NCBI RefSeq assembly: GCF_031769215.1
Contig: NW_026782019.1
Coordinates: forward strand, 682,001-746,000
DNA from: Ylistrum balloti
Taxonomy: Eukaryota
Direction: 5' to 3'
DNA length: 64,000 nucleotides
Positions 50,901-64,000 of the stretch are shown piece after piece; position 1 is the first letter of the stretch, and each line of letters begins with the position of its first letter. The notes below the pieces were generated by a model. It searched no databases. It had not been told where the DNA came from and saw only the letters and a list, made by a program, of their open reading frames with translations. A program made the translations under genes and the position numbers.

Positions 50901-53283
50901 CTTATTCATAGAACCAATAAAGATCTTTCAATGGTGGACACCCAATATCCATCATGGATCCTCTGTTTAATGGCGAGATAACCTTACAACCTTATATTCT
51001 GCAAACTATAATTTAGCTTGAACGCGAATTATTATTTAAATAAATCCAAGTATATATTCTTGTATCAATTAAGTAAAAAGCGGGATACTGTGTGCACCAC
51101 ACAGCACAGTTCGTGGTACGTTCATATAAGGGAGGTAACTCGTATCACGGTCTCTTAGTAAAGATTTAAGAGATGGTAGAGCGAAACTATTTCACCTTTA
51201 TACTATTGTATCAGGGAATGAATATATAAAGATAGAAAGAGTGCAGCTGTTCTTGTCTATTTTGTAGGAAATTGGTCAAACTTTAGAGCTACGTTATGGC
51301 CGAACTTTTCCTGCGCAAGCGACAGACCTTTGCTGCTTAGAATTTCGTGTTTTGATATCCGCATGTTGAGGCACTGACTATCAAATTATATCTCCCTCAC
51401 ATACTATTAGCTACTACAACTTCTACATACCCAACTACCTCAAGATTTACTCTAACCTCTAACTAATCAAATTGGAAAGTTAATACTTATATTTATAACA
51501 CTGATTCTTCAAAACTTTGTCATGTTAAATACCGATTCTATTAAAAACATTCAAAGTGATGATAACTAGTCTGTCTTGTACGAGTTACTTCCCTTGAAAA
51601 TAAATGTAAAACCCGACTAATAAATACGAAGTGCCAAGCTGCAGTTTCGTCGTTATATTTGTATACGTAGAGTATATTGTGTACGCGTCAGACGATACAA
51701 ATAAATGTGACAGCAATCTTAAAGTGCCCATTTTAGTGGTAATTTATGGATCCGATCTTTTGGAATGAGGGCACTTTAATCCCTTTAAATCTTTTGTTCT
51801 CAACAAGAGGAGTGTTGAATAGCTTTAAATGTGTCAAAGTATTGTACAGTACATTATATACCCTGAATCTACATACCCAACTACAAGGCCGCTATAAGAC
51901 GGCAAACATTACATTTTCTTAAAGAAATGTATCTGTCGATGGCAATTTGTGTAGCCACATAGTTGTTACATAAACACTGTGCGTATACAATGACAATGGT
52001 TTTAACTGATAATTTGATTTTATTCAACAAAGAGACGCGCTTTTTTAATCAGCAATCCGTGAAAAACCCCTTTAGGCTTTGAATTTAGTTGTTTATGGTG
52101 TAAAATGCGAGTCACTCTGAAGGTTTCATGATTTGACATCACTAGCAAGTCGCGTGAGGTTTTAATTAAAACTGGTTTTATTTGATTTGTAATTTACCGT
52201 TAGGGAATACACACTACCTGTTAACAGTATATGTACTAAATATATACATGTATATGCCTCTTTTAATTATCATTCATCTCGTCACATCTATCAATCTCGT
52301 ATAGTTTAAACCGTGTACGATTGTTGCGACAATGTCATATATGGAACGAACCGGTGTTTTTTTCTACAGCAGGTAAGAGAATCTCGAGGTCATATTCAGA
52401 TTTTAAAAGGATTTTTTTTTCGTGCTAAACAGTCGCTAGTTCCAGCTGTAGTTCCCGCCGTGTCTGACCTGAATGATACAGACAATGAACACAGTTCTTT
52501 AATGTCGGACAGGGTATATAAATGTCACATTAAGCAGTAAGAATTGGTTTTAACTAAGTTTGCGTGCCATCTTCTTTCCAACAACTAATAAACACAACTA
52601 CAGTATTCAATTGCAGTATGTAGTGACAAGTCACGTTAACACACGTACAGCTATTGTACATAACATAAATGCCAATAAAGAGTAGAAGTGAATATTAATT
52701 AGAGTTTGACAGGTTTTTGACGCATTCAAATTCTATTTCTATCTCACAGCCACTTGATAATTTGTTCACTCATTTTATTGTCTTCAAGTCCGAATTATTC
52801 ACCGAAGCAAAAGTTACGCCTTTAGTATGCACCTGTGGATCAATAATCATATATATGAACTAGAATACATTGCTTAGCGTCATTAAACCGTGAACATGTA
52901 AAAGTATTAGTCATTAAAACTAAATAAACCGTGACGAAAGTTTACCTTAATGCGTTTCCTTGTAGCAATAATTGTAATTCATGAGCTAAAATGAAACAAA
53001 TTCGTCTAAAAATAACCTGATACATCCCCTCTTACAGGTGGAGTCAAATCTAACACCTTCCGTCCCTCTTTATGTCCCTCCGTCCTTCATTATGACCAAA
53101 GTCTGAATTAGTTTAATACAATTTTACCCTATATGAATTTTCGAGAAAAGTTGAGCACACTTCTATTTAAATGACACGTCAAAGTTCTGTTCAGGTGTGC
53201 ACCATAGAATTAAGAGATAAAATGTCTCCCTGTACTCACATTTTGCTGAGGTCGGATGAACTGTCACTGCTGACACTTGACAT
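35956..53283 (-). CDS. Ankyrin-repeat and coiled-coil protein, synphilin-1 (SNCAIP)-like, about 985 aa
   Basis: 14 exons with consistent phases: 53283-53240 (MSSVSSDSSSDLSK), 42814-42678, 42347-42154, 41864-41433, 40943-40755 (DGQGNTLLHKAA), 40543-40433, 40280-40149 (NSRGDTAAHIAAAHGHVTCL), 39816-39647 (ENAEGLHPLHVAVHHNQMAC), 39488-39446, 38874-38717 (coiled-coil-like), 38016-37828, 37725-36699, 36534-36500, 36052-35956 (TGA); 2958 nt. Ankyrin repeats are clear; the synphilin-1 resemblance (ankyrins then a Cys-containing helix and coiled coil) is from memory. The first exon link spans a 10-kb intron that contains an N gap. Confidence 0.8.
43048..43231. other. Assembly gap
   Basis: Run of 184 N. 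Confidence 1.
46741..47200 (+). repeat. Degenerate tandem repeat with a unit of about 28-29 bp
   Basis: About 16 copies of approximately TGTCATACCAGGAGGGGTACAAACCTCC. Confidence 0.8.
50320..50520 (+). mobile_element. tRNA-derived SINE-like fragment
   Basis: Two B-box-like GTGTGTGGTTCGAC motifs (about 50371 and 50428) followed by GTGTCCTTGAGCA, a block seen in aquatic-animal SINE2 cores. Confidence 0.4.
50594..50705 (+). repeat. Short 22-bp tandem repeat
   Basis: About 5 copies of approximately GGGGTGGCAACCGGGAGTCAAA; the best copies are at 50641-50662 and 50663-50684. Confidence 0.8.
51719..51779. mobile_element. Miniature inverted-repeat element with TTAA ends (Kolobok-type MITE remnant)
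   Basis: Perfect 11-bp inverted repeat TTAAAGTGCCC ... GGGCACTTTAA; termini are AG...CT inside the TTAA. Confidence 0.45.
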
Positions 53284-53907
53284 GGCGCCCTATATCACTG
53301 GACTATCGATTTGACGCTTAAATCCACTGTCAAATATCCGTATCACCGATGCTAGATTACATATATATCTACAGATATACACAGGACCTGTCCCGAGTTC
53401 CTTACCCGACAACACATTCCGGGTAAATACTCTACAAACATACTCTACTACACAACAGAAGATTGTGGTACACTAGAGTTATCTCCCATCGCTTGATCGA
53501 TTACCTTCTCATCTTAACAAAGCGATTGTAGATCGAACTGATTGTCTATTGAAACGTATGATATAAAGATAACGTGTCTCACGGCATCTAAACCAAACAG
53601 CACTGGTCTTTCTAAATGAGCAGGGACGCGCCATACACAATGCTGATTGTTTAATATGATGAAAAATGTCGAAAGGAAATAACGAAAAAAGTAGGGACGA
53701 TATCAACCTCAAAAAATGCAACAACAAACAGAAATCAAACATGTATCAAAAGAAAAGATATGCCTTCATTTTCAATACCAGGCTGTGGGCCGTAATGAAT
53801 GTAAAATTGCGATGTCAGTATACATCCGGTTTGCATATACATTTTTTAAATTGATATATACAATCATTGAGGTATTTTGTAGTTACGTAAAATGTTTGTC
53901 ATTTCTA

Positions 53908-56900
53908 TATACCATACTCTCACACAGATCGATGTGTAAACCGAATCTCACACAGGTCGACGCGTATTCCGTACTTCACACAAGTCGGGGTGTATACCGT
54001 ACCTCGCACAGGTCGACGCGTATACTGTATCTCACACAGGTCGACCTGTATCCCGTACCTCACACAGGTCGGCGTATATACCGTACCTCACACAGGTCGG
54101 CGTATATACCGTACCTCACACAGGTCAGCGTGAATACCGTACCTCACACACCTCGGCGTGAATACCGTACCTCACACAGGTCGACGTGTACACCGTACCT
54201 CACACAGGTCGACGCGTATACCGTACCTCACACAAGTCGGGGTGTATACCGTACCTCACACAGGTCGGCGTGTATACTGTACCTCACACAGGTCGGCGTG
54301 TATACTGTACCTCACACAGGTCAGTGTGTATACCGTACCTCGCACAGGGCGGCGTGTATACCGTACCTCGCACAGGTCGGCGTGAATACCGTACTATAAA
54401 CAGGTCGATGTGAATACCGTACCTCACACAGTTCGGCGTGAATACCGTACCTAACACAGACCGGCGTGAATACCGTTCCTCACACAGGTCGGCGTATATA
54501 CCGTACCTCACACAGGTCAGCGTGAATACCGTACCTCACACACCTCGGCGTGAATACCGTACCTCACACAGGTCAACGTGTACACCGTACCTCACACAGG
54601 TCGACGCGTATACCGTACCTCACACAAGTCGGGGTGTATACCGTACCTCACACAGGTCGACGTGTATACCGTACCTCAAACAGGTCGGCGTGTATACCGT
54701 ACCTCACACAGGTCGACGTGTACACCGTACCTCACACAGGTCGACGCGTATACCGTACCTCACACAAGTCGGGGTGTATACCGTACCTCACACAGGTCGG
54801 CGTGTATACCGTACCTCACACAGTTCGGCGTGAATACCGTACCTAACACAGACCGGCGTGAATACCGTTCCTCACACAGGTCGGCGTGTATACCTCACAC
54901 AGGTCGGCGTGAATACAGTACCTCACACAGGTCGGCGTGTATACCATACCTCACACAGGTAGGCGTGTATACCGTACCTTACACAGGTCGACATGTATAC
55001 CGTACCTCACACAGGTCGACGTGTATACCGTACCTCAAACAGGTCGGCGTGTATACCGTACCTTACACAGGTCGACGTGTATACCGTACCTTACACAGGT
55101 CGACATGTATACCGTACCTCACACAGGTCGACGTGTATACCGTACCTCACACAGGTCGGCGTATATACCGTACCTCACACAGGTCGACGTGTATATCGTA
55201 CCTCACACAGGTCGGCGTGAATACCGTACCTCACACAGGTCGGCGGGTATACCGTACTTCACACAGGTCGACGTGCATACTGAACCTCACACAGGTCGGC
55301 GTGTTTACCGTACCTCACACAGGTCGGCGTGTATACCGTACCTCACACAGGTCGGCGTGTATACCGTACCTCACACAGGTCGGCGTGTATACTGTACCTT
55401 ACACAGATCGGCCTGAATACCGTACCTCACACAGGTCGGCGTGTATACCTTACCTCACACAGGTCGGCGTGAATACCGTACCTCACACAGGTCGGCATGT
55501 ATACTGTACCTCACACAGGTCGACCTGTATGCCGTACCTCACACAGGTCGGCGTGTATACTGTACCTCACACAGGTCGGCGTGTATACTGTACCTCACAC
55601 AGGTCGACGTGTATACCATACCTCACACAGGTCGACGTGTATACCGTACCTCACACAGGGCGGCGTGTATACCGTACCTCACAGAGGTCGACGTGTATAC
55701 CGTACCTCACACAGGTCGGCGTGTATACTGTACCTCACACAGGTCGGCGTGAATACCGTACCTCACACAAGTCGGCCTGTATACTGTACTTCACACAGGT
55801 CGACGTGTATACCGTACCTCGCACAGGGCGGCGTGTATACCGTACCCCACACAGGTCGGCGTGTATACTGTACCTCACACAGGTCGGCGTGTATACCGTA
55901 CCTCACACAGGTCGGCGTGTATACTGTACCTCACACAGGTCGGCGTGAATACCGTACCTCACACAGGTCGGCCTGTATACCGTACCTCACACAGGTCGAC
56001 GTGTATACCGTACCTCGCACAGGGCGGCGTGTATACCGTACCTCACACAGGTCGGCGTGTATACTGTACCTCACACAGGTCGGCGTGTATACTGTACCTC
56101 ACACAGGTCAGTGTGTATACCGTACCTCGCACAGGGCGGCGTGTATACCGTACCTCGCACAGGTCGGCGTGAATACCGTACTATAAACAGGTCGATGTGA
56201 ATACCGTACCTCACACAGATCGGCGTGAATACTGTACCTCACACAGGTCGGCGTGTATACCGTACTCTCATAAAGGTCAACATTTATATTGTACCGTCAC
56301 AATAGTTGACGTGTATAACGTACCTCACACAGGTTGAAGTGTACAAAACATTAAAATACAAGTGGACGCAAATACATTGTTAACTATACCCTCTCAAAAG
56401 TCAACGTATATCCTTTCACTCACATTGGTAGACATATATACCGTGTATTCATGTGAACGAGTATCCCGTACCATCATGAAGTCGACATGTTTACCATATT
56501 CATCTACAGGTCGATATGTCTAATGTTCTCTCGCGCAGATCGACGTACATAAATAAAATGTACCTTAATCTCGTACAGGTCGACGTGAATACCTTGACCT
56601 CGTTCAGGTTGGCGTATATAATGTATTCACACGCAGGTCGACGTGAACAACATATCAACACAAATGTCGACGTGTAAACCCTAATCTAACACAGGTCGAC
56701 GTGTACACCGTGCCCTCACAAAGGTCGACGTGAATACCTTAACCTCATACAGATTGACGTGTATAATGTATTCACATACAGGTCGATGATTATACCGTTC
56801 TCTTACATAGGCCGACGTGTGTATAGTAAACATGTATACCGAGCGTGTAGGTGTATTAACAGACAAACAGGCCGACGTGACCATAACCTTGTTCAGGTCG

Positions 56901-57000
56901 GCGTAAATATCGTAACCTCGTATAGGCGGACGTGTACACCCTATTCACATGTCGACATGTACACCTTCTCGCACACAGGTCGACCTGCACACACATGCGA
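53908..57000 (+). repeat. 28-bp CpG-rich minisatellite array upstream of the first coding exon of the ankyrin gene
   Basis: Consensus CACACAGGTCGGCGTGTATACCGTACCT; conserved from about 53908 to 56340 (about 87 copies), degenerate to about 57000. It explains all long ORFs at 53716-56186. Confidence 0.97.
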
Positions 57001-57393
57001 GGATATTACCAAACTAATACGTGTTACGTTTCCCACGTCCCTATGACGTGAGCGTGTAGCCAGAACACGTGTGTTGCTACGGGTATTACAATTTAGAGGG
57101 TAAGCTAAAGATACGTCGGATAGCTGCCGTTATAGACTGCGTCGTGATATTGGGTAAGTAACATACACATCACATACAGTAAAAGTTGTATCTCTAAATA
57201 GGCCACACAGTAGTTGTTCCATATTATTACACATCATGTAGATTTGGTGCACCGTACACCGGTCTCAGTATAAACAGAAAACACATGTATACCTGGCCAC
57301 ACATATACGCTGTCATTACAGAGTGATGTGTTGACATCTCGTCTGAATATAATTGTTTCAATATTTTGTACGATGTAGTGTAGGCTGTCTTAC

Positions 57394-57500
57394 CTGGTAG
57401 TAGTCAGCGTGGTGAAGAGGGTTGTCTTGTCTCAGTCACAAACATGGCTACCTGTGTCCTTACCTTCTGTTTACAGTACCATCCATTACGTAGTCTGACA
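57394..57500 (-). other. Candidate non-coding 5'UTR exon of the ankyrin gene
   Basis: Strong minus-strand donors CAG|GTAAGA at 57394 and AAG|GTAAGG at 57464; could splice to the TTGACAG acceptor at 53326 upstream of the ATG at 53283. The 5' boundary is unknown. Confidence 0.4.
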
Positions 57501-59489
57501 GAGGAAGTCACAGTATGGTAGAGGCCCGCCATGGGAAACCCGTAAGCTCAAACTGGGTTTAGTCGATAATTGACATACCCAGAATCAGGGCCCATTGTAC
57601 ATCGTAACAAAAGCTTACTATAGTATGTAGACCAGATCTATTATAAACATCGCCCGAGTCATTACTCACGGCGGCTGTGGCTAAACTAGTTCTTTTTTTA
57701 CTGAAATACAGGTACATGTGCTTTATCCCTATTTGATGTTTTGTATCGTGATTTGAACGTAATGCTGTTCATTGTTATTGCATTGGACACGAACTTACAT
57801 GCATATAAGGCATTTGTGTGCGTGCTGTACAGTACTATACACATTGCATTGTTGTCGTGCTTGAATATCTAAACCTCCCGAGGGACCCCAATAGAAATTT
57901 AATTCGTAAATTGAAATTGTCCACATCATTTATATTGAAGCGCCGATCGAGTTCCGGGTGGGTGACTTTGTGTGACTAATCTGGTCGATTGTCAGCGCTA
58001 ATGTGTATAGAAGGGCATCGCTCCAATGAGCTTTAATTGTACAAGCGTTATAAGTAAATATAGATCACGCTGTTAGCTTAACTGTCTTATTGGTATTATA
58101 TATTTAGCACTTGTATGCAAATTGCTTTCATTCTATTTCAATTTTACCACAACACAAGTCTTTGATGTGTTTCACATTCTTTTGCCGGTGAATGTGAAAT
58201 TCTAGCGAAAAACATGTATGTAGTTTTGAGGTTATAAGGAGACGTAGTCACCGTTTGGAACCTCAGAGTTGACAACCCGACTGTTATGTTCTGCCGCCCG
58301 TCTTACAATACGGAACGTGTCTGAAAGTGATGAAGTACTACATGACAGCGAAAGTGTTTAGCTTTATAAATTAAGTTTTAGGGGTTTATCGTCCTCAGGG
58401 GTGAGGACAGGTGTCAGAAGGGACACCAAAATAAAACACAGAAAGAAACTAAAAGCACACAGAAAAGAATGAAAACATCGATCAAGACCCCAAGCGATGT
58501 AACAGGGACAGTAGATTTATTCTGATATCGTCAATATTTATTAATAGTTTGGAAAGATTTAGATTGGACTCGTAACATTCGTAAGATTCTTTACATATTA
58601 ATTATCAATCTACTTAATTATTTGTATGATAAAATTGCCTTGCAGTTATTGATACCAGTACTCCAGAACTATGACTTTTTATAGGTATGAGTGTGACATG
58701 CGTGTAAAACACTTTGGCCGGGTTTTAACTAAACCATGTTACAGGTCCATGTGTGTCATTCTCTGCCCGATCGACTGTAATGCTCACAGTGAAACGAGGT
58801 TAAGTAAAGTTATACCTCTGTGTGATCAGAATGGCGTGCGTGCCTAAATAGCGCGCTCTAAAGAATCGATCATTTTTCTTTTTGAGAGCACACACGTACC
58901 TTAGCTTGTTTATGTACCCTGGAGTTTTCATAGCGTTTTGTTTTTCTTTTTCTTGTATGACAACATGATTTGATATATATATATATATATTCGAAAAACA
59001 ATAAAAAAAATATAATCGCACGGCGACATGTCTTATGTCTGCAAATGACTGTTTGCGAGTTACCTCCCCTACAATATGAAGCACAAGGGTATTATGCTAT
59101 ATATATATGTTTACTGTCATAATGTTTGGTTCCCAATGAATATATTGAAAATCATTAGAAAATAACGTTTCATTATTGGCCTATTTGGGCCTTCAGTTAT
59201 CGCTTTCTGTCCGTTTTTTACCTAGGGACTATTTTTTGTTGTTTGCAGGAACAGTTGTTTAATCTGTACTAAGTCAAGGGTCATCTCTTGAAACAGTCCT
59301 GGGGTAATATTAGTGTTTTTAAACGCGAAATATTAACAGGTCATAATGTATATCAGCAATTGAATTGATTAACCTTGTACTTTACAACAAAACATTTTAT
59401 ATGGATTGAACTACGAAAGCTGGTTGGGGACCCATTTTCGTGATTTATCTGGCGCCATAATGCACAAGATTTTTTTTGTGACGAATTTG

Positions 59490-59570
59490 AAAAAAAAAAC
59501 AAAACAACAACAAACAAACAAAAAACAAAAAGCAAAAACAAAAACAAAACAAAACAAAACAAAAACAAAC
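59490..59570 (+). repeat. A-rich (AAAAC)n-like microsatellite
   Basis: Directly visible. Confidence 0.9.
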
Positions 59571-61897
59571 CCACGACATCTATAAACTACCAAGTCCTTA
59601 ATCAAGATGTTATTTTGAAATAGTTTGTAACCGAAGAACACTTTAATATTACCTTTAGTATGTAACAGCTTCCGGGGAGATAGGCGGAATATGTACAGTA
59701 CTTCTATTTGCCAAATATAAAACCTTGTTTCATTTGTCTTCAGTTATCAAAGGAAACTTACATGTATTTCTTTTCAGTAGACAATCATCTTGTTGTAACA
59801 TGGGACATTTGTTCAGTTTTTTTTTTTTTTTTTTCTTTAGATTGAAAATCTTGACCTATATGAGTAAATAACATAGCATACTAATGCCTAGGATACTATA
59901 TCAGGCACATTAAGTATCTGTTACATTAATGAAACTATATCGAGACCCTCCATTAGCAGATAATTTGTCGCGGACCTTGGCCACGCACCGAGGAAATACA
60001 ACGATAATCTAGTGAAAAACACGAAATGCTAGTATGTATTTCATCTTAAAAGTGAGATATTCTCCTCTGTGTTGATAAGCTTTTGGTAAAAAATATTGAT
60101 AAATATTCACGGCAAATTTAAATGACTTTTATTTATCACAAATAACGAAGCAGTTTATAATAACGATCTTAAATTAACGCTTTAAAGGAGAATATTACTT
60201 CTTTAACAAGAAAATCTGATGACGAATCCAAGAATTAAAGAAAAAATGAAAAATGTCTGATACATATATAAATTCCATCGTCGCCATGACCTTGACCTTG
60301 GACCACTGAAAAAACAGAGTAAAAAGTATATTCATACTTGATGTTAGTGTAGCAGTGTTGAAATTTGTAGAATAATACAAACAACACACTTTTGAAAGTT
60401 TTTCCGATTTATTATCCTAAGTGGATTTTCCCTGCAATTATACAACAGTACAATTCTATAAATGAGTTACATACAAATACCGCACTTATCCGGTACAATA
60501 TTTATATACAAAATGTACAACTAGTCACGTTACATTTACATTAAACAATTGAAATAAGAATTCCTTAAAAATTTAATTTACATGAAACCGATAATATATG
60601 TATACTTGATATTTAAGATATTCATGCAAATTCTATCGTTTTAAATATATATATATATATATGCATACACAGTGAATACAATAAATAAATTATAAGGAAT
60701 ATTGGAAAATGAAAATAATCGTACCTATTTCTGGAACAGGGGCCATTAAGTAGGGAGCGAACTCTCGTTAGTACTGATGTGTCTATTCTGTTTAACAGAT
60801 AAGTACATACTCTGACTCAACCAACCATCAATATCTTTTATGTGGCGAGGACAAAGAATAACATATGGGTCCCAAACCAGTAGATGTAATATTCCAGAGT
60901 TTCTGATATTGAACCGATCCGGATTTCTCTTCCCCGTACTAGCGTTCAGACCTAATTTTACGTTACTACTTTCCGCTGTGACTCGCTAGGTACACGTCTT
61001 TCACGTCAATATAGTTTGTGTATTATGTCAACAGCACTATAAACCTACCGTGGGAGCTACACGCAGGTAGGTCACATTACTATCATCACTCTGTAATAAC
61101 GTTGGACGCAGCATTTTGTAGCTATGTTACATTCCCAATATTTTACAAAATGATATGGATGCTTATCTGCCTCAAACAGCTCGCTGCATCTATCGCAGAC
61201 CTGGCAAGGTTTACATACGGAAGCCCATACCGGCCTGACGTATTTCGGTTCGAACAGTTTAACAAGAAAGATCCAATCGTGCTGAACCATGTAGTACAGG
61301 ACTCCGTTTGTAGACTGACCTTGTGTCAGGCTATTCTTTTCTTAAATAATGTTATAGATGTGTCACATGCTCATTTTTATTACGAATTTGGCAATGTCAT
61401 CTGCAGTGTGTCATTGACGAACTTGAATTCTAATGCATGTTTTATGTTAAAAGTTAACAATCACATAACAGAAATACACACATTTATGAACATTGATGTT
61501 ACACATGTTCGCTGAATAAAAGCCACAAAATTTGTAAATAATCAATTCCTATTCCAGTCTATTTTTATAGGTATAATTCACTGTTAAACACCTCACTGAA
61601 GTAGTTTCTAAATCGACAATAGGCAATAGCCTTTTTGAGCAACTCTGTCATAGTTTTATTTATGACCACTGAATCGATAAAAAGGAGTGCAAACTGCGGT
61701 AATACAGAGAGATCCCACGGCAACTGGTTGTTTATGTGATATTTCTTTCACTCCAGTTATTTTTCAAAAGTTGTAATATGCAATAACACTATAACGGTAT
61801 AATATTTTACAAATTACAACAAAATTATCAAGTTTATCGTTTTCAAAGCAGGTAGTGGATAGAAATTCATATAACGCGAACTACGTTTTGAACTTCC

Positions 61898-61952
61898 GTG
61901 TGTGTGTGTGTGTGTGTGTACACGTGTGCGTGTGTGTGTATATGTGTGTGTG
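61898..61952 (+). repeat. (GT)n microsatellite, interrupted
   Basis: Directly visible. Confidence 0.9.
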
Positions 61953-62368
61953 AAGCGCCCTTACAGCCATATTATTCATTCATTCACAGTTTACAGAAGG
62001 AGTAGTGTGGTCAGAATTGTCGTTATGCTAAATGTGCCAATATAAAGAGTCCTTAAAAAAATGCAGATAAAATCAAATGTGTGTCAGCTGTCGCTCTCAG
62101 TGTGAGCGTTCGAAGTGATAACGTCAACGAGCATGGAGTTGACCCGGTCAAAGTTCAAAGGGTCAGCTAATCAAAATGTCTTGAAATTTTATTCCACGTA
62201 TGGATTAAAAGTGTTCGATAAACAATTTTGGTGATTAATTGATGTCTTGAGAATTGCTAAATGCCCACATATTGTAGTACAAATATTGTTTAAACCGTAC
62301 ATATTTTAGGAAAATATGGCAAATAAATGATACAAATATGATAAGCTATTATGGACAGGTTTGAACCG

Positions 62369-62760
62369 TTTTTTTAGGTCATCTGAGACAAGGTCTCATG
62401 GTGACGTAATCTAATACCCTTCATCCGGCGTCGTGGGTCGTGCGTCCGTAAACAATTTAACTCTTTCGACTTCTTCTCAAAAACCCATGATCCATTTTGA
62501 AAGAAACTTTGCAGAAACTTCTCTGACCTAAAATGAACCAAAACCTGAGGGGCGGGTCAGAAGGAGTCAAATTAACTCAGATTTAAAAAAAAATTTTCTC
62601 AAGATCCAGACATGGTAGAATCAAATACTCTTCTTGAATGGAAACATCTTAAGGTGCTTTACCGAAATTGTTAATTTCATGGCCCCAGGGTCTCACATTT
62701 TCCCCCGGGGGGAAGGGGACAAGTTTACTATAGTTTATATAGGAAAACTATATTTTTGAG
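62369..62760 (+). mobile_element. Helentron-associated non-autonomous element (HINE/CvA/pearl-like) with Cg170-like monomer
   Basis: TTTTTAGGTCATCTGAG start, hairpin TGAGAC-AAG-GTCTCA, CGTCG/CGTCC microsatellite seed, TTCTTCTCAAAAACC...AAACTT core, then a CCCCCGGGGGG...TATAGGAAAA satellite-like segment. Matches the oyster HINE layout as remembered. Confidence 0.65.
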
Positions 62761-64000
62761 CTTAATTTATTTAATGAGCACACTCATTCATAGATCTAAA
62801 TAAAGACATTTGTATACCAGATATCTCGTATCAAACATTTCATACATATCATATATTCCTAATTCCTGTTTTCAAATACACCGTGTGTTCATGTAAAACA
62901 TATCAAACATTTCATGCACAACGCCATATATCTGTAATAGAAACATTCATAATTAAAGATTTAATATTTCATACACATCAGATCTGTTCACTGAAATATT
63001 CACCTCTATACACGATGTAAAGAAGTGTTTATACATGCATATAAATAGCTCTCACATTATCAATCAATTTATTATACACAAACAAATACTTAAATATGAT
63101 GCATCAGATTTCAATCGATCCAAGATGTCAGTTAAGAACATTGAACATATAACTAGCCATAATAGTCACGTGTTGTGTTTATCTTTTTTAAAGAATGAGA
63201 ATAGAGATAGACTGGTCATTACAAAGACAGACAAACACAAACAAATCACGTGCACACAGAGGCAAGAAATGTTAGATAGAGTAAGACGTACAGACAGACG
63301 AACATAAAGACATACAAGCACAAATACATTCACACAGGATCGAGTGTCGACAGATTAGAGAGAGACAGGCCTTTCAAAAGTATGAAATTAAATAAACAAT
63401 TGCTTTATTGCAAACATTTGCTCTAAACCAACTATCAGAGTTTAAAGACCGTTAATAGCTAAGAATAGATATAGACAGAAATGACAGAAAACTAAACAAT
63501 ATAAGTCTAAATAAGTAAAAAAAAATTCTCCATTTTCTTCACTCTCTGTTGAAACTTTCAAAAGAAACATCACACTTAGCCGTTTTTATGTATTTTTATA
63601 CATTGTGATGGTCTTATGATAAACTGATCAGATAATTTATGTTTTAAGTCTTATCAACAACACTACTCATTTAAACCTAGGTCAGATCCTTGTAAACGGC
63701 ATTTTTAATGTAAATTTAGATAGCGTACTTGCACATGTAAGGTTATATTTATTGACGATCACGAAATTGTCCCATGTTTATTATGTCGTCCATTCCAATA
63801 AAAAAGGTAATTTCTTAATCACCATATCAAACAATGACGTGACATCGTTTACTTGAATTAAATTCAGTCGGAATTTTTATTAGACTTTATACCGACTCTT
63901 CTTTATCAGGGTGAAGTTTAGCCTACACAATTGATACATGCACATCGTGGACAGAAGGTATGATAACACGCTGATAATGAGTAGCAATAGTCACGTTGCT

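Noticed and set aside
53716-56186. Long ORFs up to 456 aa as repetitive proteins
   Set aside because: They arise from a stop-poor 28-bp repeat that is open in several frames at once; there are no splice links or flanking coding context.

Overview
AT-rich, intron-containing animal DNA, most likely a bivalve mollusc (inferred from Helentron/HINE-type repeats with Cg170/BIV160-like monomers; not proven). Most ORFs in the supplied track are spurious or are single exons. Splicing by hand from GT-AG sites and reading-frame phase gives four genes: (1) the 5' part of a minus-strand gene with a PPSY/Gly-Tyr-rich N-terminus (possibly protein lifeguard/TMBIM) that runs off the window start; (2) a plus-strand, 10-exon, about 650-aa type I membrane receptor with a signal peptide, a C-type lectin domain split by an inserted WSC domain, a second C-type lectin domain, a TM helix and a tail with 8 tyrosines; (3) a complete minus-strand 13-exon glutamate decarboxylase of about 585 aa; (4) a minus-strand 14-exon ankyrin/coiled-coil protein of about 985 aa (synphilin-1-like). 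The window also holds two large intronic minisatellites (37 bp and 28 bp units), HINE/SINE/MITE fragments, degenerate local duplicates of coding sequence from the lectin receptor and GAD, and an assembly gap. The most unusual feature is the WSC-in-CTLD receptor, whose intron phases point to exon shuffling. All gene models are manual and have no transcript or database support.
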